64,000 nt of DNA, taken from assembly GCA_964016885.1 (NCBI GenBank), contig OZ024752.1, forward strand, positions 1,054,001 through 1,118,000, read 5' to 3'. A program made the position numbers and the translations under genes. Shown piece by piece: positions 1 through 13,339 of this stretch; position 1 is the stretch's first letter, and every line of letters starts with the position of its first letter. The notes under the pieces are model-generated. The model was given only the letters and a program-made list of their open reading frames with translations, was not told the DNA's origin and did no database searches. Source of the stretch: Eledone cirrhosa. Lineage: Eukaryota.

Positions 1-757
1 CGTACTCCTCATATTCGCATCACACATGAAGGGGATATTGAACGTCCTTTTACCGGCCGCAACCGGTTATAATGATGGTTCACTTAGTTGAATCAGTTAG
101 TTATTTTACTGTTATAAGTTCAGTTAGAAATATAATTGCTTCTCGGTGTATGACTTTAAATATATTTATAAATGCAAGTTCCCCTCTCTCACCAAAGCAG
201 TAAAATCCTAGAAGTTTCAATGTTTATTTGAAATAGAGGTGAGAAAGTAATAGAGGTGAGAGCAAATCTTTTCCACACCGGCGAGTCGTGCCGGAAATAA
301 TTACTTTATTTCCGGTTACCTTAGCAAAAACTACAATAACAGCCATAACAGAGACAATGCTGCATTAAAATTCAACATATATTAATTACACCAATAAAAA
401 TCCTTACAGTTATACACATATATAACGCAATGACGACAAAGCCACATAGACGTGTATTCGTTTGAGTATGTGCACTTGTGTGTATATACGTATGTTTGTG
501 TGTGTATGTGTGTGTGTTTGTTTCTGTGTGTGTCATTCATGTAGTACATTCACGTGAAGCCCATATAAATAAATGGTAATGATACGTCTCCATTGATCGT
601 TCCAAATCATTAATGCGAAGTTATATTATTAGTATTCAGTTGAACAATATTGAAACAATTATATAATTACTGCAGACATATTTATAACTTTCTTTGATTG
701 ATCAGCTTTGTAAAGACACAGGAGTGTGATTAGGCTTATTAGGAAATATAATATATT

Positions 758-1098
758 GAAGATGATGATGATGATGTGTATGATGATGATGGAGATGATA
801 ATGATGATGATGATGATGATGATGGATATGATGATAGAGATGGAGATGACGGGTATGGTGAGGATGATGAGTATAATGATGATGACGATGATGAAGGAGA
901 TGGAGATGGGGAAGATGATGATGGAGATAATGATGATGATGATGATGAAGGAGATAATGAGGATGGGGAAGATGATGATGGAGATGATGATGGAAATGGT
1001 GATGACGATGGGGATGATGATGATGATGGAAATAATGATGATGATGGTAATGGTGATGGGGATGAGAATGATGGTAACGGAGAAGAAGAAGAAGCATG
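758..1098. repeat. Degenerate (GAT)n/(GGAGAT) trinucleotide microsatellite
   Basis: Directly visible. It explains the poly-Met, poly-Asp and poly-His ORFs in three frames. Confidence 0.95.
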
Positions 1099-1289
1099 AT
1101 TACATAATCCTTCGTATTTAAATTACATCCCTCCATGTGTCAGCTTCATAATGACTTCTTGACGTATCATTAATTCGACAATCAGGACTTTTTTAAACAC
1201 ACCATACTATATTGTTTGGAAATGAGGGTAGTACTTTGGCAGTATTAGTAGTAACATTTTTTACAACATATAGTAACGGCCCTTTACAT

Positions 1290-1430
1290 TCTGATTTCAA
1301 ACTTACCTTTCCATTTCAACCTTACAAGTTCCACAAAATAAAGTACCAGTAACGCACTGGAGTTGATTTAATCGATTTTCCTTTCCCTAAACATTGCTGG
1401 CCTTGTGTACCTAAATCGGAAACCACTATA
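1290..1430 (+). mobile_element. Degenerate Meta-domain SINE fragment
   Basis: AAAATAAAGTACCAGTAACGCACTGG...ATTGCTGGCCTTGTG matches the 3' half of the abundant SINE in this window. Confidence 0.7.
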
Positions 1431-1761
1431 TTGCCTGGGAATACGAATGCATTCTTCACATCTAAATACAAGTTCTTGATCTCAAACACCACTCAAAATT
1501 ATGGGTTTCGGGTTTCATTTGTTTCCTCCTTTGTAAAATCCTTGTTCATCTTTCTTTATCTTGATTGTCATTGCGTTGCAGCTGGTGAGAAAAAGGTTTA
1601 TTTTTGGACATCAGCAGAAATGTTTCAATCTTATTTCGCCTGACATAGGCATACTCTGCAAAAGATGATATCAGTGTAGGTATTATGCATTGCGAACATA
1701 CTTCGCAACGGATAAGATCCGCACCGAGGCAAACTTGCAACGCCACTCCAGTCACACTTGG

Positions 1762-1807
<46 letters not shown>

Positions 1808-1972
1808 AACTCAGATTACATTTATTATATATATATAATAAATGTAATCTGAGTTTTTCGAATATTAGTAATAATATTCGATTCGTGTGCAATTATGCAA
1901 ACAAGCCTCATTTTTAAAGCCATGTCAGTAGAATGAGGCCCTCATTCTTGCTCTTGTGTTGGCATGTAAACA

Positions 1973-2022
1973 GAACTGCAGACACTAATGTTTCCGGGTA
2001 TCACCCTTCATCAGGACAGCTC
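1973..2022 (-). ncRNA. Type I hammerhead ribozyme
   Basis: Minus strand: GAGCUGUC-CUGAUGA-A GGG UGAUA CCC G-GAAA-CAU UA GUG-UC^-UGCAGUUC. All three stems pair, with one mismatch at the base of stem I. Confidence 0.8.
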
Positions 2023-2410
2023 ACTGTTCACCTGCTAACTGTCAGAGCTAGTGAAAATATATGCTATTTTTTAAAATATACAGTGACTGATCGGCCTGAT
2101 TTGCATATTAGCAGACTGGCTGATCAGTCAGATCTGCATATTAGCAGATCCACTATCACCAAGATTTGCATATCAGCAGACTGGCCAGTCAGTTTCCTGT
2201 ATACGAGCGATCAATGGCTGGCTTTGCCGCATTAAAAAAAAAAAAAAAAAATTCGCTCTACATGGCTGAATACAATAAATGTAATCTGAGTTTTTCGAAT
2301 ATTAATAATAATATCTGATTCGTTTTCAATTATGAAAACAAGCCTCATTTTAAAGCCATGTCAGTAGAAAATGAGCCCCTCATTCTTGATCTTGTGTTGG
2401 CATGTAAACA

Positions 2411-2460
2411 GAACTGCAGACACTAATGTTTCCGGGTATCACCCTTTGTCAGTACAACTC
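2411..2460 (-). ncRNA. Hammerhead ribozyme, second copy with core mutation (CUGACAA)
   Basis: Direct repeat of 1973-2022. Stem I pairs fully, but the core G is changed to A. Confidence 0.6.
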
Positions 2461-2625
2461 ACTGTTCACCTGCCAACTGTCAGCGCTAATAGATCTGACT
2501 GATCAGCCAGGGTAATTGCTGGCCTTGTGCCAAAAGGTAGAAACAATTATATGACATAACATCACATATCACGGAATATATCATTACGAAATAAGGCAAC
2601 ATAATTCAACGTAACATAATACTAG

Positions 2626-2813
2626 ATAATTGTTTCTACTTTTGGCACAAGGCCAGCAATTATCCAGTACATTGCTGGTACTTTATTTTATCGACCCCGT
2701 AAGGATGAAAGGCAAAGTTAACCTCGGCGGGATTTGAACTCAGAATGGCAAGAGCCGTAACTATGCGTCAAAGCATTGCGTCCGACTCTCTGCCGATACT
2801 ACCAATCATCCAC
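2626..2813 (-). mobile_element. tRNA-derived Meta-domain SINE
   Basis: Minus strand has B-box-like GAGTTCAAATCC, central GCCTTTCATCCTTACGGGGTCGATAAAATAAAGTACCAG and tail GGCCTTGTGCCAAAAGTAGAAACAATTAT. Confidence 0.9.
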
Positions 2814-4613
2814 TCATATAATATGAGTGTATATATACAAGTCAGTGTGCAAATATATGGGTGGGTGTGCATACGTACATATATATATTGAAATAATCTA
2901 TTGCCTGCGGATGACATTTCAAAGGAAGGGAAACCGGCGTGATAACATAAAAATATGCGTAGAGAGTCGGATCAATTACCGGAAGGTATTGTCTCCGACG
3001 CTCTAATGATTGAAAATATTATTATTTACTATGCAGATAAGTAGTTAACTGTCTTTAGTTCAATAGTCACAGATGAACGGAACTGGAACCAGAATATATA
3101 AAATACACGGGGAGATATTCCTCAAAATATACTATATTTTTGTGGCGTATTTAATATTAATTCTTCCCATCTGTTTAAATCACATAAATTCATAACACGC
3201 AGCCTACCATTTTTATTATTGCGTGTACGTAATGATTCAATACCTCACTGTTCACTATATTTCATATATAATTAATTTTGCTTCATAAAGTATGCGTGGC
3301 TACCTCTAGAGCTTTCTTTGTCAGGATTACAAATTTAGAATATGATTGTGATCATCACAACATTTGTAATATTAATTAATCAAAATCTCTTCGCTTCATA
3401 TATTAAGTATATTAGTTCCCACTCTCTGATACATCTTCATGCTGGAGATATCCCTGGGTTCCCTATACATAGGATCTCCAAATGTCATCCCCTAGTTTCC
3501 GTTCATAAACATTGAACTTACTCCACCAACCATTCTAAGATCTTCCCTAAGAGGTAAAAAACGGGAGTATATAGGATGAGACCATTCCATGTTCAATTAC
3601 GGCGTTATAATAATTATTAATTGATCGCATGATCAATAAGGGAATAATTTTGATTAATGTATGGGCTAAATATATCATATTTGGTACTGTTAAATACTTA
3701 GTTTATGTAAAGATTTCAAACTCATGTTGAACTGAGGTTAGAAAAAATTCTATTATTTACATTAATTTTGTGTATGATAGAAAAAACGTGAGCAATGGAT
3801 TACATTGCTTAACGCATTTAGTGACCTTCATTTAGATTATGAATTCAGCCAGGTCGATTAGATTTAGTATTAAAATTTCATTGTATTCATCCCTAATGTT
3901 TTAGACTATCTGCTACCATAAGACACCAGTAACATAATAAGGTTGTTTTAGGGACATAAACAGCCTTTCATGTTTCTATGTTTTAATTAGAAAAGGCTGA
4001 AACGTTACATCCGGGTCTCGTATACTGTTTACAATATTACGTGATATGCTGTGTTACCGAACAATTATTATTGATATTTGACTGTACTTCAGCAGGGAGT
4101 ATAATTATATAAGATTCCTAGTTGAAAAAATACTAAACGCTCACCTCGTTGCCAATCCTGAATGGACTTGATATTACATAGATTGTCGAAGTATTAATCG
4201 CTGCTGAATTAATAATCTACATTTTCCCTGAAGAAATTACTATTTGTCATAATTTATACGGAAGCAGTAATTTGCAACTAAAAATATGCCACAATAAATG
4301 CTTCATGAAAGAATAGACCTTCAAAAATAATTGATTGTCATATAAAAACACCATCAAAACATTCGTTACAAAGCACGTCAACTATATTTCCCGACCTATT
4401 GTTGCATGACTAGACCATTTCCTATTGGAAATATGTCAGCGTGTTTTGACTTTTTTGTATCTTTTATTGTCATTTGTTTTGTTAGTATCGAAATGAACGA
4501 CAACATTGATATGCTGATAAATATAAAACATGCTTGCCACGCTTGTCTTATAGGCAAAATCGTCATTTATCTGTCAGCCAGGCAGTTCTTTATATTGCTA
4601 TGTCTGATAGATT

Positions 4614-4614
<1 letters not shown>

Positions 4615-4665
<51 letters not shown>

Positions 4666-4725
4666 TGTATATATGTATGCGTATATATATCTATATATAT
4701 ATATGTGTATATATATGTATGCGTG

Positions 4726-4791
<66 letters not shown>

Positions 4792-4792
4792 C

Positions 4793-4843
<51 letters not shown>

Positions 4844-4952
4844 TATATATATGTATGCGTATGTATATATGTATGCACATATATTTGTATATATATATAC
4901 AAATATATACGCATATATATATGTATATATATATACATACATATATGTTTGC

Positions 4953-5010
<58 letters not shown>
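4615..5010. repeat. (TA)n-based compound microsatellite
   Basis: Directly visible. Confidence 0.95.
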
Positions 5011-5325
5011 AACACCTACAAACACATATACGCACACGTACAATATCGGAAATATAACTTAACTCATTCATTGCAAGATTAAACATATTTTCCACTATCG
5101 TCTCTAATTTGGACATAGGGCACAGTTGGTCTAACAGGCTTCAGTAATTACTTGCACTCACTCATATTTGCCATGTGAAGTGAGTAGCATGATGGCCATG
5201 CTTTGTCAGTTTTAGAATAATACTAAGAGCGAATGGCTATATATACCCATCAAATACATGTTTTTCTATAGTTGATTGGATGGTTTAAGTGCCATCTAAC
5301 GAGGGCCCAAATTGGTCCAATAATC

Positions 5326-5403
5326 GGTGGATTGGCAGTATCGGTAAAGAGTCGAACGCTATACTTTGCAGCATAGAGTTATGGCCCTTTACGGTATGAG
5401 TTT
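5326..5403 (+). mobile_element. SINE 5' head fragment
   Basis: GGTGGATTGGCAGTATCGGTA... head, cut off at the B box by the neighbouring element. Confidence 0.75.
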
Positions 5404-5481
5404 AATCACGACACATGTTTCAATAAGAGATAGATCGATCGCGTGGTCATGATCGATTATCACTGATCTCATCAGGTGAAT
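5404..5481 (-). ncRNA. Type I hammerhead ribozyme (family C)
   Basis: Minus strand: UUCAC-CUGAUGA-long stem II-GAAA-CA UG UG-UC^-GUGAU. Confidence 0.75.
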
Positions 5482-5848
5482 GATGTCTTCAAATCTTTGA
5501 TATGAGGGAGGAAAAACTAACGATGTTCACTCACTAGAGTTTTGTTCCCCATATGAAGATTCAGCAGTCAAAACACGCCAACTGTTATCGTCTTCAGTCA
5601 GCGTCATAAATCTATCAAGTCTCTATCTCTCAATAGCTGTAAAAGACGCTGGACAGGTCTAATCTCAGCATCAAATCTGTAGAATTTATACCATGCCTTC
5701 GGATCTTTATTTTGATACAAATACTCCGTTTTACATCATCTAGCTGTTCCCATAAATGGAATTGGAGATATACAAAAGCGAGGAGAACTTAATATGGCTA
5801 ACAAAGCTTTATTGGACCGTATGACACAACCAATAATACACCTTACTA
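5404..5848 (+). mobile_element. HHR element family C, copy 1 (5' part inverted)
   Basis: 5404-5684 is the reverse complement of part of 15560-15830. 5683-5848 is collinear with 15840-16003 and ends CACCTTAC(TA)n. Confidence 0.8.
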
Positions 5849-6106
5849 TATATATAACTGTAAATTCAGCAGGAATCGCATTTCGGGTAGAAAAAGCGAA
5901 ACGCAACGCAAATTCGGAGTCATGCTGGCAAGCTCTCCATGGGCTAAATAGACCTGAGCAATAAACATACGTTATAAAGGCCATACAAACTGAGAAGGCG
6001 GCCAAGAAGCTATATATATATATATATATATGTATGTATATATATAGAGAGATAAATATGTATATATATATGTGTGTGCGTGTGTGTGCATATGTATACG
6101 TGTGTG

Positions 6107-6144
<38 letters not shown>

Positions 6145-6317
6145 GTGTACGTACGTATGTGTAGCGATAGTCAACAAGATAAAACCGGTCTCTATATGAA
6201 CAACGCTAATTTTACAACGAATCTTCCACTGTAAATTTGGAACGCAGCCATTGGGTTCATGCGTTGATTGGATTGCATAATCGCAATCAGTAATGACTCA
6301 ACCGTTCTTCTGTCGTC

Positions 6318-6375
<58 letters not shown>

Positions 6376-6587
6376 TATATATTATAAAAATTAATAAAGC
6401 TGTAATAATCGACACGTCATATTCTATTCTCCAAATGCCTGGAATATTTATCAACCAAGAAATTTTATTCGTTGCTGATGCTATATCCATTAATTGTGTC
6501 AAACTATCAAATAACTATCTATATAAATCGTCCCTGCATAAAACTCTTCGTTTTCTACCATTGTCACCCTCTTATATTTCTCTCTCC

Positions 6588-6862
6588 CCTCTCGCTTTTT
6601 CTCTCTCCCCTCTCACCTTTTCTCTGTCCCCTCTCGCATTTTCTCTCTCCTCTCTCGCAGTTTCTCTCTTTCCTTTCGCCTTTTCTCTCGCCCCTCTCGC
6701 TTTTTCATTCCCCCTCTCACTTTTTCTCTCTCCCCTCTCGCTCTTTCTCTCTTCCCTCTTGCATGTTCTCTCTCCTTTTCTCTCTCGCATTTTCTCTCTC
6801 CCCTCTCGCATTTTCTCTCTCCCCTCTCGCCTTTTCTCTCTTTCCTCTCTCGCTTTTTATTA
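6588..6862. repeat. CT-rich minisatellite, ~21 bp unit (TTTTCTCTCTCCCCTCTCGCN)
   Basis: About a dozen degenerate tandem units are visible. Confidence 0.85.
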
Positions 6863-7844
6863 TCTCTCTTTCTACACCTCTCTCTATTTATCTATCCCTT
6901 TCTCCTTCACGTGTGATTTTACTTTCCACCATTTACCCCCCCCCTTCTAAAATAGCAATTATTTAATAAGGTAGCACTTGTTAGTTTGAGATACGATAGA
7001 ATGGGATTCATGTTAATGTCTTCGTTTATAGCTAATCATTATTCTATCATTTATTGACCAATTATGACAGTGATTGTACAGCTTCTTGCATACAGCAAGT
7101 AATAAGTACACCACTTTTACTGCGTCCTAACGTTAATGTAGGCATTATCTGATAATAATAGCCTGTACACACGAAAACCTATGTTGCGTCTCTGTTTCTA
7201 TAAGAACAATCTGATATGTTCTTTTATTACTAACATCATTTTAGAAAATAATGCGTCAGCATATTCTCTTTCTTATTTCTGAAACTATTCCACTTTTTTT
7301 CTTTTATACATTTTCATGGGTTTTCTATCTTATTTCTAGAAGAATAATATCACGTTAAGTGTGCCTACCTAGGAAACAGAACATAAAAATATCCTAAATG
7401 ACAGAAGGGTACATAACATGCCCCCATCAAAAATGTCTGGCTGATAAAGGGGATTATATCCTGTCACGAAATAGTGAATATACATATTAGAAAATAAGTG
7501 CAAAAGAGAATGTTTTGAAATAATTCTTCATTAATTTTCGCATTGTTTTCTGTGAAAATACGCAATAATTTCCGGTTTAACGAACAATGCATAAAAAGAA
7601 TAATTTTTGAGAGTCTCTGAAAGTTTCTGCTATTAATAGTTTTAATATATATTGTTTTAGGCTCGATACCGTAAAATAGGTGATAATGTTAACAAAAGAA
7701 TGTGTAAAGTGAAAGAAAATGTTATTTTTTGACAGACTCAATCATCCGAGATTGATTTTCTTTATGTTGTAATACACATTACCAACCTTAATACAGACAC
7801 ACACACACACACACACACAGACACACAGACACACACACACATAT

Positions 7845-8339
7845 ATATATATATAAATGCCAATTTCTGTCTGTTTGTGTGTGTGTTTGTTTGTGGATTT
7901 GTTTGTGAACCTAAAACTCAAAAACTACCAAACCGATCTTGATGAAACGTGACACGTATTTCTTACGTATATTTCATTTTAATCAAAGGATTTCCCGGTG
8001 GCACAAAAGCCCCGCTGAAAATATTTTCCCTTTGATTTATATGAAATTTAAACCATAGGTAAATGACAAGATATGATGCCTATTCACAAAAGTTTTGAAT
8101 TGATATTTTGAAAAAATTATTTACAAGAAACAAAATAAGAATAAGATTTAATAATGTAATTTTGATTTGATATATTACAAAAAATAGTGTTTTCCCAATT
8201 TTTCATGCATTACATTTTACATTGAGTAATATTGAAATGCAGAGTTTTTCTCCATAAATTATATCACTGATTTAAAATCAATCATCATTTTCTTACAAAG
8301 AAATGTGTGAAACGCCACAAGGCGCGGGTAATTCGGCTA

Positions 8340-8341
<2 letters not shown>
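7845..8341 (+). mobile_element. Non-autonomous Helitron-like element
   Basis: 5' ATATAAATGCCAATTTCTGTCTGTTTGT... simple-repeat head. The 3' end has a hairpin CGCC-ACAA-GGCG followed by CGGG...CTAG|T, the typical Helitron terminus. Confidence 0.65.
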
Positions 8342-8388
<47 letters not shown>

Positions 8389-8679
8389 TCGCTGTTGCCA
8401 TCAAATCTGTGTGTTCTTACATGTATGTTTCTTACTTACTTCAACATAATATAGTTCTGTTGTTCGCAAGCATTGCAGTACGAGTATGATATACAAGGTT
8501 TAAGTAGAATATGATAGAGCTTAGATTATTGGTTGACCCTAGTTCATTTGACGTTTGCTGTTAATTCGTCAGTAATAATTTTTACCCACATTCACACGTC
8601 TATTTAATAAGCTTAGTATTAGGTAATATATATACTTTCTCATTAATATTGTATTTAATTACGATGTACATGGTGTGTT

Positions 8680-8861
8680 AATAATTGTTTCTACTTTTGG
8701 CACAAGGCCAGCAATTACCCAGTTCATTACTGGTACTTTATTTTATCGACCTTTGAAAGGCAAAGTTAACCTCAGGGGGATTTGAACTCAGATCATACAG
8801 GGAGGTAACTCTATGTTTCAAAGCATGGCGTCCGACCCTCTACCGATACTGCCAATCCACT
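8680..8861 (-). mobile_element. Meta-domain SINE with TSD
   Basis: Full-length copy flanked by direct repeat TGTGTTAATAAT. Confidence 0.9.
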
Positions 8862-10031
8862 GTGTTAATAATACATAAACATGTTTCACTGAAGTGTTGA
8901 ATGTACCATTATTACACTAAAAGATTATATAATTCTAAAATGCCATATCAAGATATAAATTCATGCTATGTTGACACTTGGAAAGTATCACAATTGCTGA
9001 AAACATTCTAGATGTTTTCTCTGTTGGTGCAGTGCAGGCAATTTGATAAGGTCAATGAATAACATCTGAAATATAAGAGAGATATATCTTAAATCTATTA
9101 ATAATAAAGCTCTTGAAAATAGTTTTTTGCAAACCCCGTTATGGGTAGAAGAGCGTTCTTTAATAAAGTCTAACTTTAGATAATTTAGAGAGTGTCTTTT
9201 ATTAACTTACTGGTAAATATAAGTAAAGATAAGGATGTAAAAATACTATCTCATTTTTTGCTCATGAAAAAATGTTAGCATTAAACATCGTCTTCTTGCA
9301 TCATCTGAAATGTTCTCACATCTCTGGCTCTGAGTTTTGGAAATTCTTAGTGGAACACCATGTCAACATATTACATCAGTATATAACATTATGTTACCCA
9401 GAAAAGAGTTGTTACTATTTTTATAGACAGGCAGATAATTAAAAAAGAAATAGAACATCAAATTCATTAACATTACAAATTCAGATATCATATCTGCTTT
9501 TGATAGAATTTTATGAAAACATTAAGCTTAGGCACAATGTTAACATGAGATATAAGGGTATTATAACAATACCAAGTGAGATATGGTCTCGGATAGTGAG
9601 TTGACAGAGTAGTTAGAAGTACAAGCTCGTCTGAAGTAGAGTTTTGGTTGACCCTTACCCCCTTTAAAGTTGAATTTTGAAGTTCAGATTTGACATCATA
9701 AAGTGATAACAGTCTGACTCTCACTGATACCTTCGCTATAGTATTCGCTCTATACATAATGGATATGCTGAATATATTAAGATAACACCCACTCCACGAT
9801 CTTTGTCAGAAGAAATATATCCACTAAACAGATCGAAGTGCTTTTGGAAATATATGTTGCGAAGTGTAATATAGTGTAGGCAAGCAGTAGATGATTGTAC
9901 AAACGCACAAATATACACATGCTCACAAATATACATGTATGTGTGTGTGTGTGTCTGTATACATAAATGTATATTTTATGTGTGTGTATATATAGATCCA
10001 TATTCATATACACACAGACATAGACACACAG

Positions 10032-10079
<48 letters not shown>

Positions 10080-10084
10080 TATTC

Positions 10085-10152
10085 ATGTATTTTATCTGAT
10101 GAGGACTACTGAAAAACAGCACAGTACCTCCGAAATATATATAATAAAACAT
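10085..10152 (+). ncRNA. Type I hammerhead ribozyme
   Basis: AUGUAUUUUAU-CUGAUGA-GGA CUACUG...CAGUA CC UCC-GAAA-UAUAUA-UA^-AUAAAACAU. Stem III is palindromic. It lies immediately after (TA)n. Confidence 0.8.
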
Positions 10153-10362
10153 ATAATTTGATTATGCGAATGTCTTCATTTATTAATATTTTGAATAATA
10201 TTAATAACTCCAGAAAACTTCTTTGTTGGGTGCTTTTAATCTATTGTAAAACTATATTCATTGAGTAATCAATGAACCATATTAATCTTTGGTATATATG
10301 TATATATAGTGTTTAAGATTACAAAGTTTCCAGGCCGGCCTTCTGTTGTTGTTCTTAAAGTG

Positions 10363-10461
<99 letters not shown>

Positions 10462-11486
10462 GTATATATTGATGTATTGTCAAATGTATAAGATATGATT
10501 TTGTCAATATATATAGACGTTTGTATGGATGTATTCATGCATGCGTGTATGACTCCATGCATTATTTTTCCTGGTGCGCATATTAAAAAAAAATGAAAAT
10601 TATATATGCAACTATTATTGATTTCTAAATGTTACAAGGTTTATCAAATATATCTATATCCGCAATGGATTACCTCATTTGTTTGTGAAAGTATCGACGC
10701 CATATTAATAGATTCGACTCAGATCGATTGATTGTATGGCATAGAACAGTAAAACCTTTTTGATTAGAAGATTTGAAACAGTTAGCTTTGTGTTGTTCTC
10801 TAAATACATTAAAGAAAACACCATTTCATATCTGCAGAATGTCACGACATTTTTATTGAAGCACGCAGCCCCATACAAAGTCAAATATAACATACCCATG
10901 TGTAAAAGCGTGCATAATCCACACTCCTTTGAGAATTTATATGCGCAATCTCTATTTACTCCATATACATTTATGGAAATGAAACAGCAGTACTTTTAAT
11001 AGACACGAACATTTCTTGGCTTCTATGCAATTCATTTATATTCCATATTAATTTGAAAATATGCATAAGTAATTGAAAATAATGTCACATGTGTGTAATA
11101 CAGTTCTATACATAAGAAACTTACATTAAACTAATCTATTGTTGTTTTTCCTTACAAAGTTATATTCGCATCTCAGAATGTGTCAACTAGATACAGAGAA
11201 TGAATATTCATATATAAAACTGTAAGGAGAGACGAACACTTATATATAGAGATATATATACACAATAATTTCATTATTATATGTTCAAATCACAAGGGAT
11301 ATAAACCGCCAGGGTAAAGAAAATATTGACTAAAATAGTATGGTTCACAGAACCCAATGAAAAAGATAAATTGAGAAAGACGAACCTACCATGATAACTA
11401 CCATGTACCCGGCCTGTTTATGGGTAGAACTGTTTCGCAAAATTATAAGGCTAGGAAAAGTTTTTCTCCTTGAACCATCATAATTG

Positions 11487-11543
11487 TATGTATGTATGTA
11501 TGTATGTATGTATGTATGTATGTATGTATGTATGTATGTATGT
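11487..11543. repeat. (TATG)n microsatellite
   Basis: Directly visible. Confidence 0.95.
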
Positions 11544-11773
11544 GCGGGGATATAGAAATAGTCGGGCTGGACACCCGATCGCGCGGTTCAACCACCGGGA
11601 GTGAAGGACCCCTAACATTTGTCAGGGCATTCTTCTAGGAGAAGGCAACTCACGAAACTGGGACAACTCCGATATAAAACCTGCGGTTTCTGTAGTTACC
11701 GATAATGTTGATCTTTTTTTTTTTTTTTTTTTTCGTGCAATGGCCATACTCGATAACGAGGGGGCAGCCATCA
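11544..11773 (+). mobile_element. Short element inside (TATG)n, possibly RTE-LINE-derived
   Basis: GC-richer island between TATG tracts. GGGCA...TCTAGGAGAAGGCAACTC resembles the RTE 5'-UTR motif (recalled similarity, not searched). Confidence 0.4.
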
Positions 11774-11779
11774 TGTATG

Positions 11780-12630
11780 TATGTATCAAAATAAAGATCC
11801 GAAGGCATGGTATAAATTTCCAATCATTTTAATCACGACATATGTTTCAATAAGAGATAGATCGATCGTGTGACCATGATAGATTATACTGATGTCGTCA
11901 GGTGAAAATGAATTGTCCTCAAATCCTTGATATGAGGGAGAAAATTTAACGATGTTCACTCACTAGAGTTGTGTCCCCCATATGAAGATTAAGCAGCCAA
12001 AACATGCCGACTGATATCGCCTTCAGTTAGGGTCATAAATCTATCAAGTCTATCTCTCAATAGCTGTAAAAGACGCTGGACGGATCTAATCTCAACATCA
12101 AAACTGTAGAATTACAGTCGGTCACATTTAGAGTGAGTGAGTACACACACACTCACACACACTGACGCGAGGTCAAAGAAAAAAAAATATATATACCAAC
12201 ATAGTATGCACCGAAAGTTATGTTACAAAACAACAAATGTTATATTGGTCAAATCTCAATTTGACGATGTAAATTGGAATAATTGGGTCAACCGCAACCC
12301 TGTACACACGCAAGTAGATTCGATTGAATGTTCTTCTATACGTGTATCGATTGAATTGTAACATCCGTATCGTCTAAAAAGTGTATGTTTTGGTATATAC
12401 ACATCCATGTGAGGAGCAAGTAGTCAGCTCATATCGAACTCTGTGTGAGCCGTTGTCCCATTGGAAATTTATACCATGCCTTCGGATCTTTATTTTGATA
12501 CAAATACTCCGTTTTACATCATCTAGCTGTTCCCATTAATGGAATTGGAGATATACAAATGTGTGGAGAACTTAATATTGCTAACAAAAGTTTATTGGAC
12601 CGTATGACACAACCAATAATACACCTTACT
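11780..12630 (+). mobile_element. HHR element family C, copy 2 (long 5' inversion)
   Basis: 11780-11825 is the inverted repeat of 12460-12502. The inverted arm matches the reverse complement of ~15430-15870. The 3' tail ends CACCTTAC(TA)n. Confidence 0.8.
11831..11906 (-). ncRNA. Type I hammerhead ribozyme (family C, CUGACGA variant)
   Basis: Minus strand: UUCAC-CUGACGA-stem II-GAAA-CAUAUG-UC^-GUGAU. Confidence 0.75.
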
Positions 12631-13235
12631 ATATATATATATATATATATAGGTGTGACGGAGTATATTTAGAATAAGAAAATGCAAAGTAGTTTCAGAT
12701 GTTAAAGTCCTTTATTGATAATGCTGTGATACGTATTTCAATGACGACAGTGGCCACACGATTCCGTGTACACAGTGCCATGACATCCAAATTGAATCGA
12801 CAAGGGAACGGACAAAGCGGGTGCTCTTGAATCCTTCGCCCGTTCCCTTGTGAGTCCCAATTCACCCGCACCGGTTTGTGCAGGCGCAGATCCGAAGGAA
12901 GTTGACCATCCACTACCCCAAAATTCTTCGAAACTCGCCTAGGTAGGTCCCGCCACACCTCAACCAAACAATCGCCCCAATCCAGGTCGGTATATGACAC
13001 GATTATAGTTTATTGCTAGTCGCCCTGCCAGTGGCCGTTCACCGAAACCTAGTGGGGGTGGCAGAGTATGAGTTTCAATAGGCCTTAATACTACCCCTAA
13101 ATTATGCTTAGAAAGTAGAATTGACCATCATCCGCGAAGAGAATATAACCTTAATTCTAGATATTATGTTTTCACTGTGGGAATTGTGATTGAAAATTAG
13201 AAATTAAAAATTACAAGTTAAAATCTTGATTGGCG

Positions 13236-13339
<104 letters not shown>

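Larger units (their letters stand above)
1804..2490 (-). mobile_element. HHR-bearing element with ~215 bp direct repeats (period ~437 bp) and a terminal fold-back; PLE/retrozyme-like
   Basis: 1837-2050 is repeated at 2274-2490. Hairpin AAACTCAGATTACATTTATT/AATAAATGTAATCTGAGTTT at 1807-1856 lies beside (TA)n. Each repeat contains an HHR motif. Confidence 0.75.

Noticed and set aside
702-1136. Poly-His, poly-Met and poly-Asp ORFs
   Set aside because: Translations of a (GAT)n microsatellite open in several frames, with no splice or context support.
9488-9757. ORF with faintly Ig-like YPRPYLTWY
   Set aside because: Lacks the conserved Cys and has no convincing splice donor.
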